From an uncultured Bacteroidales bacterium (GTDB taxonomy: Bacteria; Bacteroidota; Bacteroidia; Bacteroidales; Bacteroidaceae), in the NCBI GenBank assembly GCA_902773055.1, contig CACYCZ010000078.1, forward strand, positions 9,482 to 73,481: DNA of 64,000 nt, written 5' to 3'. Below are positions 18,331 through 28,113 of this stretch, piece after piece. The translations under genes and the position numbers were made by a program. The stretch's first letter is position 1; every line of letters begins with the position of its first letter. The notes under the pieces were generated by a model. It was given only the letters and a program-made list of their open reading frames with translations, did no database searches and was not told the DNA's origin.

Positions 18331-19392
18331 ATGGAGAATAAGACTCTTTCAGGAATGTCGCTAAGTGAACTGCAAAATGTTGCATACAAATTGGGCATGC
18401 CCCAATATGCAGCAAAACAAATTGCAGCATGGTTGTATACCAAGCAGATTTTCAGCATTTCTGAGATGACTAATATTTCAAAAACATTTCGGGACAAATT
18501 GGAAACAGAATATGAACTGGGGCGCAAACATCCCATAAAGAAAATGGTTTCTAAAGATGGAACCGTAAAATATCTGTTTCCAACCCAAAACGGGCATTTC
18601 ATAGAAACAGTATATATCCCGACTGCTGACAGGGCCACACTCTGTGTGTCCTCCCAGGTGGGGTGCAAAATGGGGTGTCAATTCTGCATGACAGGGCGTC
18701 AGGGATTCCAAGCACAACTCACGGCAGCCGACATCCTAAACCAGATATATGCACTACCAGAGTTTCAAAAAGTAACAAACATTGTCTTCATGGGACAAGG
18801 TGAACCTTTGGACAATATTGACAACGTATTAAGAGCATGCGAGATACTGACAGCCCCGTATGGGCTGGCATGGAGTCCGAAGCGCATTACAGTTTCTACT
18901 GTCGGTAATCTGAAGGGACTGAAACGCTTCCTGAACGAATGTCAGTGCAATCTGGCGGTCAGCCTGCATTTCCCAACCTCAGAACAACGACTGGAATTCA
19001 TGCCTGCCGAGAAGGCATGGCCCATTGCGAAAGTCATTGAACAACTGAAAGAATATGAGTTCTGCAACGGAGAACATCAATGGCATGAAGGAGCGAAGCA
19101 GAGACGTCTGTCTTTTGAATATATTATTTTCGCAGGATTAAATGATTCCCATCGCCACCGCAATGCCATTGTTGAATTATTGTCAGGGTTAGATTGCAGA
19201 GTCAACCTGATTCCGTTTCACAGCATCCCGGACTCCCCTTTCAAAGCTGCACCGGAACAACGCATGAAAGAGATACGTGACTATCTGACTTATAAAGGCG
19301 TATTCAGCACGCTGAGGGCTTCGAGGGGAGAAGATATCATGGCAGCCTGCGGATTGCTGACAACCAAAGAAAAACAAAATAAAACAAAATAA
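18331..19392 (+). CDS. rlmN: 23S rRNA/tRNA (adenine-C2)-methyltransferase, radical SAM
   Basis: It has the CX3CX2C cluster (SSQVGCKMGCQFCMTG) and GEPL, and its length and overall layout match RlmN. Confidence 0.9.
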   Translation: MENKTLSGMSLSELQNVAYKLGMPQYAAKQIAAWLYTKQIFSISEMTNISKTFRDKLETEYELGRKHPIKKMVSKDGTVKYLFPTQNGHFIETVYIPTADRATLCVSSQVGCKMGCQFCMTGRQGFQAQLTAADILNQIYALPEFQKVTNIVFMGQGEPLDNIDNVLRACEILTAPYGLAWSPKRITVSTVGNLKGLKRFLNECQCNLAVSLHFPTSEQRLEFMPAEKAWPIAKVIEQLKEYEFCNGEHQWHEGAKQRRLSFEYIIFAGLNDSHRHRNAIVELLSGLDCRVNLIPFHSIPDSPFKAAPEQRMKEIRDYLTYKGVFSTLRASRGEDIMAACGLLTTKEKQNKTK

Positions 19393-19402
19393 TTTATCAA
19401 TT

Positions 19403-20482
19403 ATGGAAAAAAAGAAAATTCGTGTCGGTATCACCCATGGTGACCTCTGCGGTGTAGGTTATGAGATTATTCTCAAGACATTTGCCTACCCAATGATGTG
19501 CGAAACCTGCATTCCCATCGTGTATGGTTCACCCAAGGCAGCAACATATCATCGCAAGATGTTGAATCTGACAACCAATTTCTCAATGGTAAACACTCCC
19601 GCCGAAGCGCAGGAAGGACGCTTGAACATGATATCCTGTTTTGACGAGGAAGTAAAGATAGACTTCGGCATTCCGAGTCCGGAAAGTGGACATGCAGCAT
19701 TGCTGTCGCTACAAAGAGCTATCAAGGATTACAGGAACGGAGACATTGACGTGTTGGTAACTGCTCCTATCAATAAGGCCAGCATCCAGAATAGTGATTT
19801 CCATTTTACCGGGCATACAGAGTATCTTGAACACGAATTGGGAGAAGGGAAGGAATCTCTGATGATACTGATGAGTTCACTGATGAAAGTTGCCCTGGTA
19901 ACAACACATCTTCCCATCAAGGATGTTGCTGCCAATATCACCCAAGAAAAAATAGAAAAGAAGATATCCATTTTCCATTCATCGCTGAAAAACGATTTTA
20001 CCATTTCCATTCCACGCATTGCTGTTTTGGGATTAAATCCCCACTGCGGTGATGATGGTCTCCTCGGCACAGAGGAAAAAGATATCATCAAGCCTGCCAT
20101 CAACGCCATGCGCGAAAAGGGAATACAATGCTTCGGCCCTTACCCTGCTGACGGGTTCTTTGGAGCAAGCATGTATACCCATTTTGACGGCGTTCTCGCC
20201 ATGTATCACGACCAAGGCCTGGCAGCATTCAAGGCTCTGTCTTCGGAAGATGGCGTCAACTTCACAGCCGGGCTGCCTATTGTGCGCACTTCTCCTGACC
20301 ATGGGGTTGCCTACGACATCGCCGGCAAGGGAGAAGCTAATGAGAATTCATTCAGACAGGCTATTTATGTAGCATTGGACGTATGGCGCAACCGACAGAT
20401 AGATAAGGAGGCCTACGCCAATCCTCTGAAAATAATTGTACAGGAAAAGGGGCATAAGGGCAACAGAGAGCAGATAGAATAA
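19403..20482 (+). CDS. pdxA: 4-hydroxythreonine-4-phosphate dehydrogenase
   Basis: Motifs are ITHGDLCGVGYEI, FTGHTEYL, GLNPHCGDDGLLG and SPDHGVAYDIAGKG. Confidence 0.9.
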   Translation: MEKKKIRVGITHGDLCGVGYEIILKTFAYPMMCETCIPIVYGSPKAATYHRKMLNLTTNFSMVNTPAEAQEGRLNMISCFDEEVKIDFGIPSPESGHAALLSLQRAIKDYRNGDIDVLVTAPINKASIQNSDFHFTGHTEYLEHELGEGKESLMILMSSLMKVALVTTHLPIKDVAANITQEKIEKKISIFHSSLKNDFTISIPRIAVLGLNPHCGDDGLLGTEEKDIIKPAINAMREKGIQCFGPYPADGFFGASMYTHFDGVLAMYHDQGLAAFKALSSEDGVNFTAGLPIVRTSPDHGVAYDIAGKGEANENSFRQAIYVALDVWRNRQIDKEAYANPLKIIVQEKGHKGNREQIE

Positions 20483-21195
20483 TGAAATTTGCCATTATCG
20501 CTGCTGGAGAAGGTTTGCGTCTCAGACAGGAAGGTGTCAAGGAAAGTAAACCCTTGGTGTGCATCAATGGTGAACCTTTAATAGACCGTCTGATACGCAT
20601 TTTCAGGAAACAGGATGCGAGTGAGATTGTAGTTATTATCAATGACCACATGCCTGATGTAGCTGAGCATCTGTACCATTTGCAACAGGTACACACAACT
20701 GAGAATCTGTGCCCGCTGACTGTTTTAAGGAAGAATACTCCAAGTTCCATGCACAGTTTCTACGAGACGAGCCGCTACCTGGAGACTGAGCCGTTTTGCC
20801 TGACCACTGTAGACACCGTTTTCCAAGAAGAGGATTTCAGGAAATATATCGCTGCTTTCCTATCTTATACAGGCGACGCCCTCATGGCTGTCACCGACTT
20901 CATTGACGATGAGAAACCGCTCTACGTCGCTACGGCCTCAGACATGACAATCACGGGATTCTACGATGCCCCCAATGGCTGCAACTATATATCCGGAGGC
21001 ATCTATTGCCTGAAACCGAGTGCCATGCCTGCCCTGTATTCCTGCATTTCAGAGGGGCAAAGCCACATGCGCAACTTCCAACGCCGACTGATTGCCGACG
21101 GACTTAAGGTTCATGCCTATTGCTTCCCTAAGATTCTTGATATTGATCATCTTGATGATATTATTAAAGCACAGGATTTTCTTCAAGTTAAATAA
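20482..21195 (+). CDS. NTP-transferase (sugar/alcohol-phosphate nucleotidylyltransferase) family protein
   Basis: It has the N-terminal G-x-G-x-R-L loop (FAIIAAGEGLRLRQEG). Its start overlaps the pdxA stop (TAATG). Confidence 0.7.
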   Translation: MKFAIIAAGEGLRLRQEGVKESKPLVCINGEPLIDRLIRIFRKQDASEIVVIINDHMPDVAEHLYHLQQVHTTENLCPLTVLRKNTPSSMHSFYETSRYLETEPFCLTTVDTVFQEEDFRKYIAAFLSYTGDALMAVTDFIDDEKPLYVATASDMTITGFYDAPNGCNYISGGIYCLKPSAMPALYSCISEGQSHMRNFQRRLIADGLKVHAYCFPKILDIDHLDDIIKAQDFLQVK

Positions 21196-21213
21196 CCCTC
21201 TGGCACAACATTG

Positions 21214-22059
21214 ATGACCATAGCTGGTATCCTCCGTCTCGCAGCATTTTCCCCTCAATCCAATGATTTGCGCATCATGCAACTGACAGCCGAAAGGCTG
21301 GAAGCTGCCGGTAACAAGGTAACCCTTTATCCTGAGGACACATTATGGGAGAAAGACATTGACGAACGGATTATTTTTTCCATGGCAAGGCATGATTCGA
21401 CACTGCTGAAACTGCATCACTATGAAAGCCATGGAGCCATTGTCATTAATCCCGTTGCCGGCATACGCCACTGCAGGCGTGCTGAAATAACACGCCTGAT
21501 GGCCAAGAACCATATTCCCGTCCCTCAAAGCATCGTGTTGGATATTTCCGCCGGCAGCATACTACCTTCCCTTCCCCCCTTCCCCTGCTGGCTGAAACGG
21601 GCTGACTCCTGGACACAGGAAAAGAACGACGTCTGCTTTATTCCTGACAGTGATGAATTGCATCGGTGCCTGTCTGATTTTCAACAAAGAAACATTCGTA
21701 CGGCCATTGTCTGCCGGCATATTGAAGGTGACATCGTCAAATTCTACGGTGTTGCCGACACCCATTTTTTTCATTGGTATCATCCCACACTGAACAACGG
21801 ACTTTCCTTATCCGGTTTAGAGGCCATTAACGGACGAGCACACCTATACGATTTCTCCGTCACAGACTTAGCAGCCGACATGAACCGCCTGGCCCATCTG
21901 GCTCAGGTCCCTGTCTACGGCGGTGACTGCATCGTCAGTCCCGACGGCAATTACCATATCATTGATTTCAACGACTGGCCCAGTTTCTCAACCTGCGCAG
22001 AGGAGGCCGCCGATGCCATAGCCCGTTATATCTTAAAACATACGGAACCTGATGGTTAA
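21214..22059 (+). CDS. Hypothetical protein, possible ATP-grasp fold (inositol-phosphate-kinase-like C-terminus)
   Basis: It is a compact ORF between two lipid-synthesis genes. The C-terminal YHIIDFNDWPSF resembles the (I/V)D(I/V)N.FP(G/S) strand of ATP-grasp ITPK-type kinases. This is a weak similarity recalled from memory. Confidence 0.4.
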   Translation: MTIAGILRLAAFSPQSNDLRIMQLTAERLEAAGNKVTLYPEDTLWEKDIDERIIFSMARHDSTLLKLHHYESHGAIVINPVAGIRHCRRAEITRLMAKNHIPVPQSIVLDISAGSILPSLPPFPCWLKRADSWTQEKNDVCFIPDSDELHRCLSDFQQRNIRTAIVCRHIEGDIVKFYGVADTHFFHWYHPTLNNGLSLSGLEAINGRAHLYDFSVTDLAADMNRLAHLAQVPVYGGDCIVSPDGNYHIIDFNDWPSFSTCAEEAADAIARYILKHTEPDG

Positions 22060-22085
22060 GAACGATATATAGATCACTCACATCC

Positions 22086-23012
22086 ATGCCAAATATTCAA
22101 TCAACATACAAGAGTCCTGATACTGAAGAGTGGCTCGACGTCCACTTCACCCGCCCTATAGGATATATGTGGACTTTGTTTTTCAAGGCGCTGGATATCC
22201 ACCCCAACGTAGTAACCATTCTGTCTGTCATTCTTGGAATTGTCGCAGGAGTCATGTTCATGCACTCCGATTTGTACCATAATATCCTTGGTATCATCTT
22301 TCTCATGTGGGCCAATTTTTACGACAGCTGCGACGGGCAACTGGCGCGCCTTACGGGCAAGAAGACACAATGGGGGCGCATTCTTGACGGCTTTGCCGGC
22401 GACGTTTGGTTCTTTGTCATCTATGGCGCCATCGTTGTCCGGCTGTTTCATCGCCCCATGCCCGCTACTGCCACAGAGTGGCAATGGACAGGATTTGTGC
22501 TCTGTCTCATCTCCGGCACTCTGTTTCACGCACGCCAGTGCCAGCTGGCCGACTATTACCGCAACATCCACCTCTATTTCCTGCCGGGAGCGACAAGCGA
22601 GTTGCATTCTTCCGTCGCCCTGCGGAAACAACTTGACGCAACGCCCTGCAAGGGGAATTTCTGGTGGCGCATCTTCCTGAGAGCTTATGCAGGTTACACC
22701 CGTGCCCAGGAACGACTCACTCCCCACTTCCAACAGCTGATGAACCTCATCCATACCACGCGGAACGGAGAGGTAACCGAAACATTCAGGCGCGACTTCA
22801 GGCGCCAAAGTCTCCCCCTGATGAAATATGCCAACATCATTACTTTCAACTGCCGCGCCCTCACCCTCTACATAACCTGCCTTATTGACGAGCCTTGGCT
22901 CTACCCCGTTGCGGAGATGACCCTCTTTGCAGCCATAGCAGCCTACCTAAAGCACCGGCACGAACGCATGTGCGCCCATTTTACGGAAGAACTCAACAAG
23001 GGAAACTACTGA
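22086..23012 (+). CDS. CDP-alcohol phosphatidyltransferase family membrane protein
   Basis: YDSCDGQLARLTGKKTQWGRILDGFAGD matches D-x2-D-G-x2-A-R-x8-G-x3-D, with the last Asp one residue later than canonical. It is a multi-TM protein. Confidence 0.8.
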   Translation: MPNIQSTYKSPDTEEWLDVHFTRPIGYMWTLFFKALDIHPNVVTILSVILGIVAGVMFMHSDLYHNILGIIFLMWANFYDSCDGQLARLTGKKTQWGRILDGFAGDVWFFVIYGAIVVRLFHRPMPATATEWQWTGFVLCLISGTLFHARQCQLADYYRNIHLYFLPGATSELHSSVALRKQLDATPCKGNFWWRIFLRAYAGYTRAQERLTPHFQQLMNLIHTTRNGEVTETFRRDFRRQSLPLMKYANIITFNCRALTLYITCLIDEPWLYPVAEMTLFAAIAAYLKHRHERMCAHFTEELNKGNY

Positions 23013-23015
23013 ATC

Positions 23016-24701
23016 ATGAAAACCTTATACCGCAACCTGTTCCTGCTTTTCGGCCTTGCCGCCATCATCATCATGCTCCTCACCTTCGACATGGACTATC
23101 GAGAACTGTGGCTCAACGTGCGCCGTGCCGGTTATTGGTTTTTTGCCGTCGTAGGAATATGGGGGGTCATCTACTTCTTCAATGCACTCTCCTGGTTCTG
23201 CATTATCCGGGGCGATGACCGCCCCTCCCCCGTCCCCTTCCGGAGGGTCTTCAAACTGACCGTCTCCGGTTTCGCGCTCAACTATGCCACCCCCTTCGGT
23301 CTGATGGGCGGTGAGCCCTACCGCATCATGGAGCTTTCTCCCGTCCTCGGCACTCCCCGCGCCACGTCGTGCGTCATTCTCTATGTCATGATGCACATCT
23401 TCTCTCACCTGTGCTTCTGGCTTCTCTCCATTATCCTTTACCTGTTGATGTATACGCCGTCGCTTTTCATGGCATTATTCCTGGCGCTGACAGGGTCGTT
23501 GCTCCTGGCGGCTGCCGGTCTCTTCATTGCAGGCTACCGCTACGGCATGGTCGTCAAGACGTTCGATCTGCTCGGCCGGCTGCCCCTTGTCGGCTCATGG
23601 GCGCGCCGTTTCCTCGACAAACGCAGCGACGCCCTCACCCAGATCGACCTCCAGATAGCCGGGCTCCACCGCCAGCGCCGTTCCACCTTCTACGCATCCT
23701 TCATCAGCGAGTTTACGGCACGTTTTCTTACCAGTGCCGAGATATTCTTCATCCTCAAGATACTCACCCCCCATGTCAATCCGCTCGACTGCATACTCAT
23801 CATGGCCTTCACCTCGCTGTTTGCCAACATCTTCTTCTTCTCCCCCATGCAGCTCGGTGCGCGCGAGGGAGGCTTTGCCATCGCCGTGAGCGGCCTGTGC
23901 CTCTCGGGAGCCTTCGGCATCTATGCCGGCCTCATCACGCGCGTCAGGGAAATCATCTGGATCATCATCGGCGTGGCTCTCATGAAGGTGGGCAACCACA
24001 ATCCTCCCGCCCGGCGGCAGACAGCCGTCAGGGGACTGCTCTTCGACTACGGCGGCACGCTCGACACTGGCGGACGCCACTGGGCTGACGTCATCTGGGA
24101 AGCTTACCGCCGCTACCATGTCCCCGTCACCTCCGCATCGTTCCATGAAGCCTACATCCATGCTGAGCGCACCCTCGGAGACCACGACATCGTCCGTCCC
24201 GACGACACCTTCCTGGAACTCATGAGGAAAAAGATACACCTCCAGATACAGTACCTCCGGCTCGACAATGCCTACGAGGAACCCGTGGCCCGCTATTGCT
24301 ACCAATACGCCCGGCAGGCCACCGCCACGGCGCTCCCCGTCCTCCGCGAGCTGCACCGCCGTTACCCTATGGCCCTCGTCAGCAATTTCTACGGCAACCT
24401 CCCCGCCGTCCTCCGCGACTTCGACCTGCTTCCCCTCTTCGATGCCGTCATCGACAGCACCTCGGCAGGCCTGCGCAAACCCTCCGCCGGACTCTGGCAG
24501 CTCGGCCTCGATGCCCTGCACCTCACACCCTCCGAAGCCTGCGTCATAGGCGACTCCGAGGAAAACGACATACAGCCCGCCCTCCGCCTGGGATGCCGTG
24601 CCATCCAACTCAAGGCCGGGCCACCGTCCCGTGAAGGCGCTGCCGGCCATACCGTCAGCCGGCTCGGCGACCTCCCCGCTGCCATCGACGCCATGGACTG
24701 A
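23016..24701 (+). CDS. Fusion: LPG-synthase-TM / flippase-like membrane domain + HAD-IA hydrolase domain
   Basis: The N-terminal ~330 aa are polytopic (UPF0104-like). The C-terminal domain has HAD motifs LLFDYGGTLD (I, DxYG-type), LVSNFYGN (II), GLRKPS (III) and VIGDSEENDI (IV). Only 3 nt separate it from the upstream gene. Confidence 0.65.
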   Translation: MKTLYRNLFLLFGLAAIIIMLLTFDMDYRELWLNVRRAGYWFFAVVGIWGVIYFFNALSWFCIIRGDDRPSPVPFRRVFKLTVSGFALNYATPFGLMGGEPYRIMELSPVLGTPRATSCVILYVMMHIFSHLCFWLLSIILYLLMYTPSLFMALFLALTGSLLLAAAGLFIAGYRYGMVVKTFDLLGRLPLVGSWARRFLDKRSDALTQIDLQIAGLHRQRRSTFYASFISEFTARFLTSAEIFFILKILTPHVNPLDCILIMAFTSLFANIFFFSPMQLGAREGGFAIAVSGLCLSGAFGIYAGLITRVREIIWIIIGVALMKVGNHNPPARRQTAVRGLLFDYGGTLDTGGRHWADVIWEAYRRYHVPVTSASFHEAYIHAERTLGDHDIVRPDDTFLELMRKKIHLQIQYLRLDNAYEEPVARYCYQYARQATATALPVLRELHRRYPMALVSNFYGNLPAVLRDFDLLPLFDAVIDSTSAGLRKPSAGLWQLGLDALHLTPSEACVIGDSEENDIQPALRLGCRAIQLKAGPPSREGAAGHTVSRLGDLPAAIDAMD

Positions 24702-24737
24702 GAGTCTCCCACAAGGCGCTACAAACGACACCGATAC

Positions 24738-24841
24738 CCGATACTTTCTATATTCACCGACCGCAAACATACATTCAGCAACGCGAAACATAAGTTCCCC
24801 TACGGTAAACATACGTTCACCATCGGGAAACATAGGCCCCA
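24738..24841. repeat. Dispersed 5 x 21-bp element, copy B (opposite orientation to copy A)
   Basis: The units are cccgatactttctatattcac / cgaccgcaaacatacattcag / caacgcgaaacataagttccc / ctacggtaaacatacgttcac / catcgggaaacataggcccc. Confidence 0.8.
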
Positions 24842-24990
24842 ACGTCTTGGACCCGTCCCCCTGTCGCCCTGCGGCAGACCGTTTCTCACGGAACTGTCAG
24901 CTACAGGCAGAACACGAAAAAAAAATTCATATCTGCTCTTTTTTTCAAAGGTTTTTCAAGAAAAACTGGAGGGGCTTGTCTTTTGTTTTG

Positions 24991-24998
24991 TAATTTTG
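24991..24998 (+). promoter_or_regulatory. -7 box TAATTTTG upstream of the C69 dipeptidase gene
   Basis: It is an exact TAnnTTTG match about 64 nt upstream of the ATG at 25062. Confidence 0.4.
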
Positions 24999-25061
24999 CA
25001 TTGATCTGCACAACGGTCCCCGACACGGGGCGACAGGTCTGGTCAACTCAAAAAAAATCGA

Positions 25062-26720
25062 ATGAAACGGATATTACTTTTGTTATCAGACGGTATCAGG
25101 CACGCCAACGGCATGGCGTACTGGTGTCTGCTGGCGGCATGGTGCTGCCAGGTAGCAACGGGAACGGCCCGGGAGACAGAGGCCGTGGACAGGCTGGCAT
25201 GTACGAGCATCATGGTGGGCAGGAATGCCAGCGCAGACGGTTCGGTCATGACGAGCCACACGTGTGACTCTTGGTACAGGACGTGGATGCAGTGGGTACC
25301 AGCTGCCGACTACGCCAAGGACACCACAATGGCCATATACGACGGACTTATGCATACGGAGAATCCCCAAAGCATGCAGAATGTCAAAGTCAGGGGCACT
25401 ATCCCGCAGGCGGCCCATACATACCGTTTCCTGAACACGTCGTACCCTTGCCTGAACGAGAAGCAGCTGGGCATAGGCGAGACGACCATCGGCGGAAGGG
25501 AGATACTACGCAACAAGGAGGGCATGTTCATGATTGAAGAACTGGAACGGGTAGCCCTGCAACGCTGCACAACGGCGCGCGAAGCCATCACACTGATGGG
25601 GGCCCTCATCAAGAAATACGGTTACGGCGATGACGGGGAATGTCTGACCATAGCCGACACGAGGGAGGTATGGATATTTGAGGTGTTCGGCGAAGGCCCT
25701 GGGAAGAAAGGGGGCGTATGGGCTGCCGTGCGCATTCCCGACGACGAGATTGCCGTATCGGCCAACGTGACGCGCATAGGCAGGCTAGACCTGCTGGACA
25801 AGGACAGCTACATGGCCTCGGACAATGTGAAGGAGGTGGCACGAAGACTGAAGCTGTGGGACGGCAAGGAACCGTTCTGCTTCTGGAAAGCCTACAGCGG
25901 TAAGAACTACATCGGCGAGAAAAAGAACTACAGCGTCAGGGAATGGTTCATCATGGACCAGCTGGCGCCGTCGAGACATTTCAGCGAGGATGCCGAGGAA
26001 CTGCCACTGAGCGTCAAACCTGACAGGAAGGTGTCGGTGACCGACATCGCCCACCTGTTCAACTCATACTATGAGGGCACGGACAAGGACTACACGCAAC
26101 GGCTTTATGTGCCGAACAAGAAAAAGGAGAAGGTGGGCGACAGTATACCCGACAGAATCGTATCGCCCCGTGCCAACCCGTGGATGAAGACCGACGAGCA
26201 GGCGATATATTATGCCCTGGGGGACAGCACCTTCAAGAACTGGATGCGCTATATCGCCGTGCCACAATGTGCCTACAGCACTATCATACAGCTTCGGGGA
26301 GGCATGCCCGACGAGATTGGCGGGGTGGCATGGATAGCCTTGGACAATCCGGGAGAGAGCCCGCGGTTTCCCGTGTTCTGCGGCACGACGCAGCTGCCCA
26401 AGATGCTGGAGATATGCGGCAACCATACATACAGGGATGATGCCGCCATGTGGCATTTCCGCCAGACCAACAAGCTGGCTACCGTGAGATGGGGCACCTG
26501 CCGCAAGACACTGGAACCCGCACGAGAGTATTTCCTGAAAAAAGGACTGCGCGAACTGCCCTACGTGGAGAGTACCTACAGGACCATTCTGGCAGAAGAA
26601 GGCCCTGAGGCCGCAACAGAATACCTGAACGGGTATACAGCAGACTTTATCGGCGCAGAAATCATGAAATGGGATGAACTGTACCGCACGTATTGGAGAC
26701 AATTCTGGTCGGGATTCTGA
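25062..26720 (+). CDS. Peptidase family C69 dipeptidase
   Basis: LACTSIMVGRNASADGSVMTSHTCD has the N-terminal nucleophile Cys context of C69/Ntn dipeptidases. The 552-aa length fits. Confidence 0.85.
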   Translation: MKRILLLLSDGIRHANGMAYWCLLAAWCCQVATGTARETEAVDRLACTSIMVGRNASADGSVMTSHTCDSWYRTWMQWVPAADYAKDTTMAIYDGLMHTENPQSMQNVKVRGTIPQAAHTYRFLNTSYPCLNEKQLGIGETTIGGREILRNKEGMFMIEELERVALQRCTTAREAITLMGALIKKYGYGDDGECLTIADTREVWIFEVFGEGPGKKGGVWAAVRIPDDEIAVSANVTRIGRLDLLDKDSYMASDNVKEVARRLKLWDGKEPFCFWKAYSGKNYIGEKKNYSVREWFIMDQLAPSRHFSEDAEELPLSVKPDRKVSVTDIAHLFNSYYEGTDKDYTQRLYVPNKKKEKVGDSIPDRIVSPRANPWMKTDEQAIYYALGDSTFKNWMRYIAVPQCAYSTIIQLRGGMPDEIGGVAWIALDNPGESPRFPVFCGTTQLPKMLEICGNHTYRDDAAMWHFRQTNKLATVRWGTCRKTLEPAREYFLKKGLRELPYVESTYRTILAEEGPEAATEYLNGYTADFIGAEIMKWDELYRTYWRQFWSGF

Positions 26721-26759
26721 TTTATTCCACCGACAATACAGACTGAGACCCAGAACAAA

Positions 26760-28085
26760 ATGGAGACGAATTATTGGAAAAAGCACCCCTACATCAACGT
26801 AGGCATACTGGAGGCGGGCGAGATAGCCTTCGTCCTCAACGGCACATTCTGCCACGACGGCCAGACCGTTGCCGGAGAGCAGACGGTAAAGTGCCGGAAC
26901 GGCCGGATAGACTGGCAGGGGCAGAGCTACGAGGAACTGACCTTTGCCCCCATGGAGAATGAGGACAGTTTCACGCTCAAGGATGTCGTCATAGGCATTG
27001 ACTTCCACTGGGAGCGCAGGGAACAGCAACGCTTTGCCGGCAGCCTGATGATTATCGTTGACAAAGACCGTCTTGTCGCCATCAACAGGGTACACATAGA
27101 AGACTATCTGCTCAGCGTCATCAGCAGCGAGATGAATGCCTCGTCGAGCCTTGAATTTCTCAAGGCCGCCGCTGTCATCAGCAGAAGCTGGCTGCTGAAA
27201 CAAATAGAAAACCGGCATCGCCACCACGACGGCAACATCGGCAACGACCGTAAGGATACTCCGCAAGAACTGGTCAGCTGGAACGACAGGGAAGACCACC
27301 TGTTGTTTGACGTCTGCGCCGACGATCACTGCCAACGCTATCAAGGCATACAAAAGGCATCGAGTCCCACCGTGGGACAAGCCATAAGGGAAACCACGGG
27401 AATGGTATTGACAAGTGACGGAGAAATATGCGATGCCCGTTTCTACAAATGTTGCGGAGGCGTTACAGAAGAATACAAAACCTGCTGGGAGAACCTGCGC
27501 TATACCTATCTCTCCCCCGTGAGGGACAATGCCCCGGCAACCGACATACCCGACCTGAAGACAGAAAGCGAAGCACGAAAATGGATTTGTTCATCCCCCG
27601 AGGCTTTCTGCAACACACAGGACAAAGCCATACTCCGCCAGGTACTGAATGACTACGACATGGAAACGTCGGATTTCTACCGTTGGAAACAAGTATACAG
27701 CCAAGCCGAGATAAAGGCACTCATCGAAGCAGGAACAGACAGAGACCTGGGCGACATTCTCGACCTCGTCCCCTTGGAACGCGGCAGGAGCGGCAGGATA
27801 TACCGCCTGCGCATCGTGGGCTCCCGAAACACCTACACCATCGGGAAGGAACTGGTCATCCGCAGGGTGCTGTCCACATCCCACCTGTACAGTTCCGCCT
27901 TTGTCGTCGACAAGGAGGACATACAGGACGGCATCCCCGGAAAATTCATCCTTCACGGTGCCGGCTGGGGCCACGGGGCAGGCCTGTGCCAAATAGGCGC
28001 CGCCGTCATGGGAGCCAGAGGATACTCGTATCAGCAGATATTGCTCCACTATTACAACGGTGCAGAGATAGAAAAAGCATATTAA
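26760..28085 (+). CDS. SpoIID/LytB-domain protein (peptidoglycan lytic transglycosylase / amidase enhancer family)
   Basis: Signatures DDHCQRYQG and GHGAGLCQIGA are present. Confidence 0.8.
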   Translation: METNYWKKHPYINVGILEAGEIAFVLNGTFCHDGQTVAGEQTVKCRNGRIDWQGQSYEELTFAPMENEDSFTLKDVVIGIDFHWERREQQRFAGSLMIIVDKDRLVAINRVHIEDYLLSVISSEMNASSSLEFLKAAAVISRSWLLKQIENRHRHHDGNIGNDRKDTPQELVSWNDREDHLLFDVCADDHCQRYQGIQKASSPTVGQAIRETTGMVLTSDGEICDARFYKCCGGVTEEYKTCWENLRYTYLSPVRDNAPATDIPDLKTESEARKWICSSPEAFCNTQDKAILRQVLNDYDMETSDFYRWKQVYSQAEIKALIEAGTDRDLGDILDLVPLERGRSGRIYRLRIVGSRNTYTIGKELVIRRVLSTSHLYSSAFVVDKEDIQDGIPGKFILHGAGWGHGAGLCQIGAAVMGARGYSYQQILLHYYNGAEIEKAY

Positions 28086-28113
28086 TCATTAGAAAGAAAT
28101 TAAGGATAAAAAC

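Noticed and set aside
23595-24842. 415-aa minus-strand ORF (plus several 100-240-aa + ORFs in other frames over 22100-24700).
   Set aside because: It is antisense or out of frame to the LPG-synthase-TM::HAD gene. Its N-terminus is just the 21-bp repeat read as MF.VGE.MF peptides. The locally high GC of this gene leaves many frames open.
24857-25037. 10-11-bp inverted repeat (CCTGTCGCCC / GGGCGACAGG) flanking the C69 dipeptidase promoter box, a candidate inverton.
   Set aside because: The arms are short and GC-rich, close to the chance level for this region size once the whole window is considered. No recombinase is nearby.
26064-27380. 438-aa minus-strand ORF spanning the end of the C69 dipeptidase gene and the start of the SpoIID gene.
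   Set aside because: It crosses an intergenic region and lies antisense to two genes with strong family motifs. It has a low-complexity, Ala/Val/Gly-biased translation.
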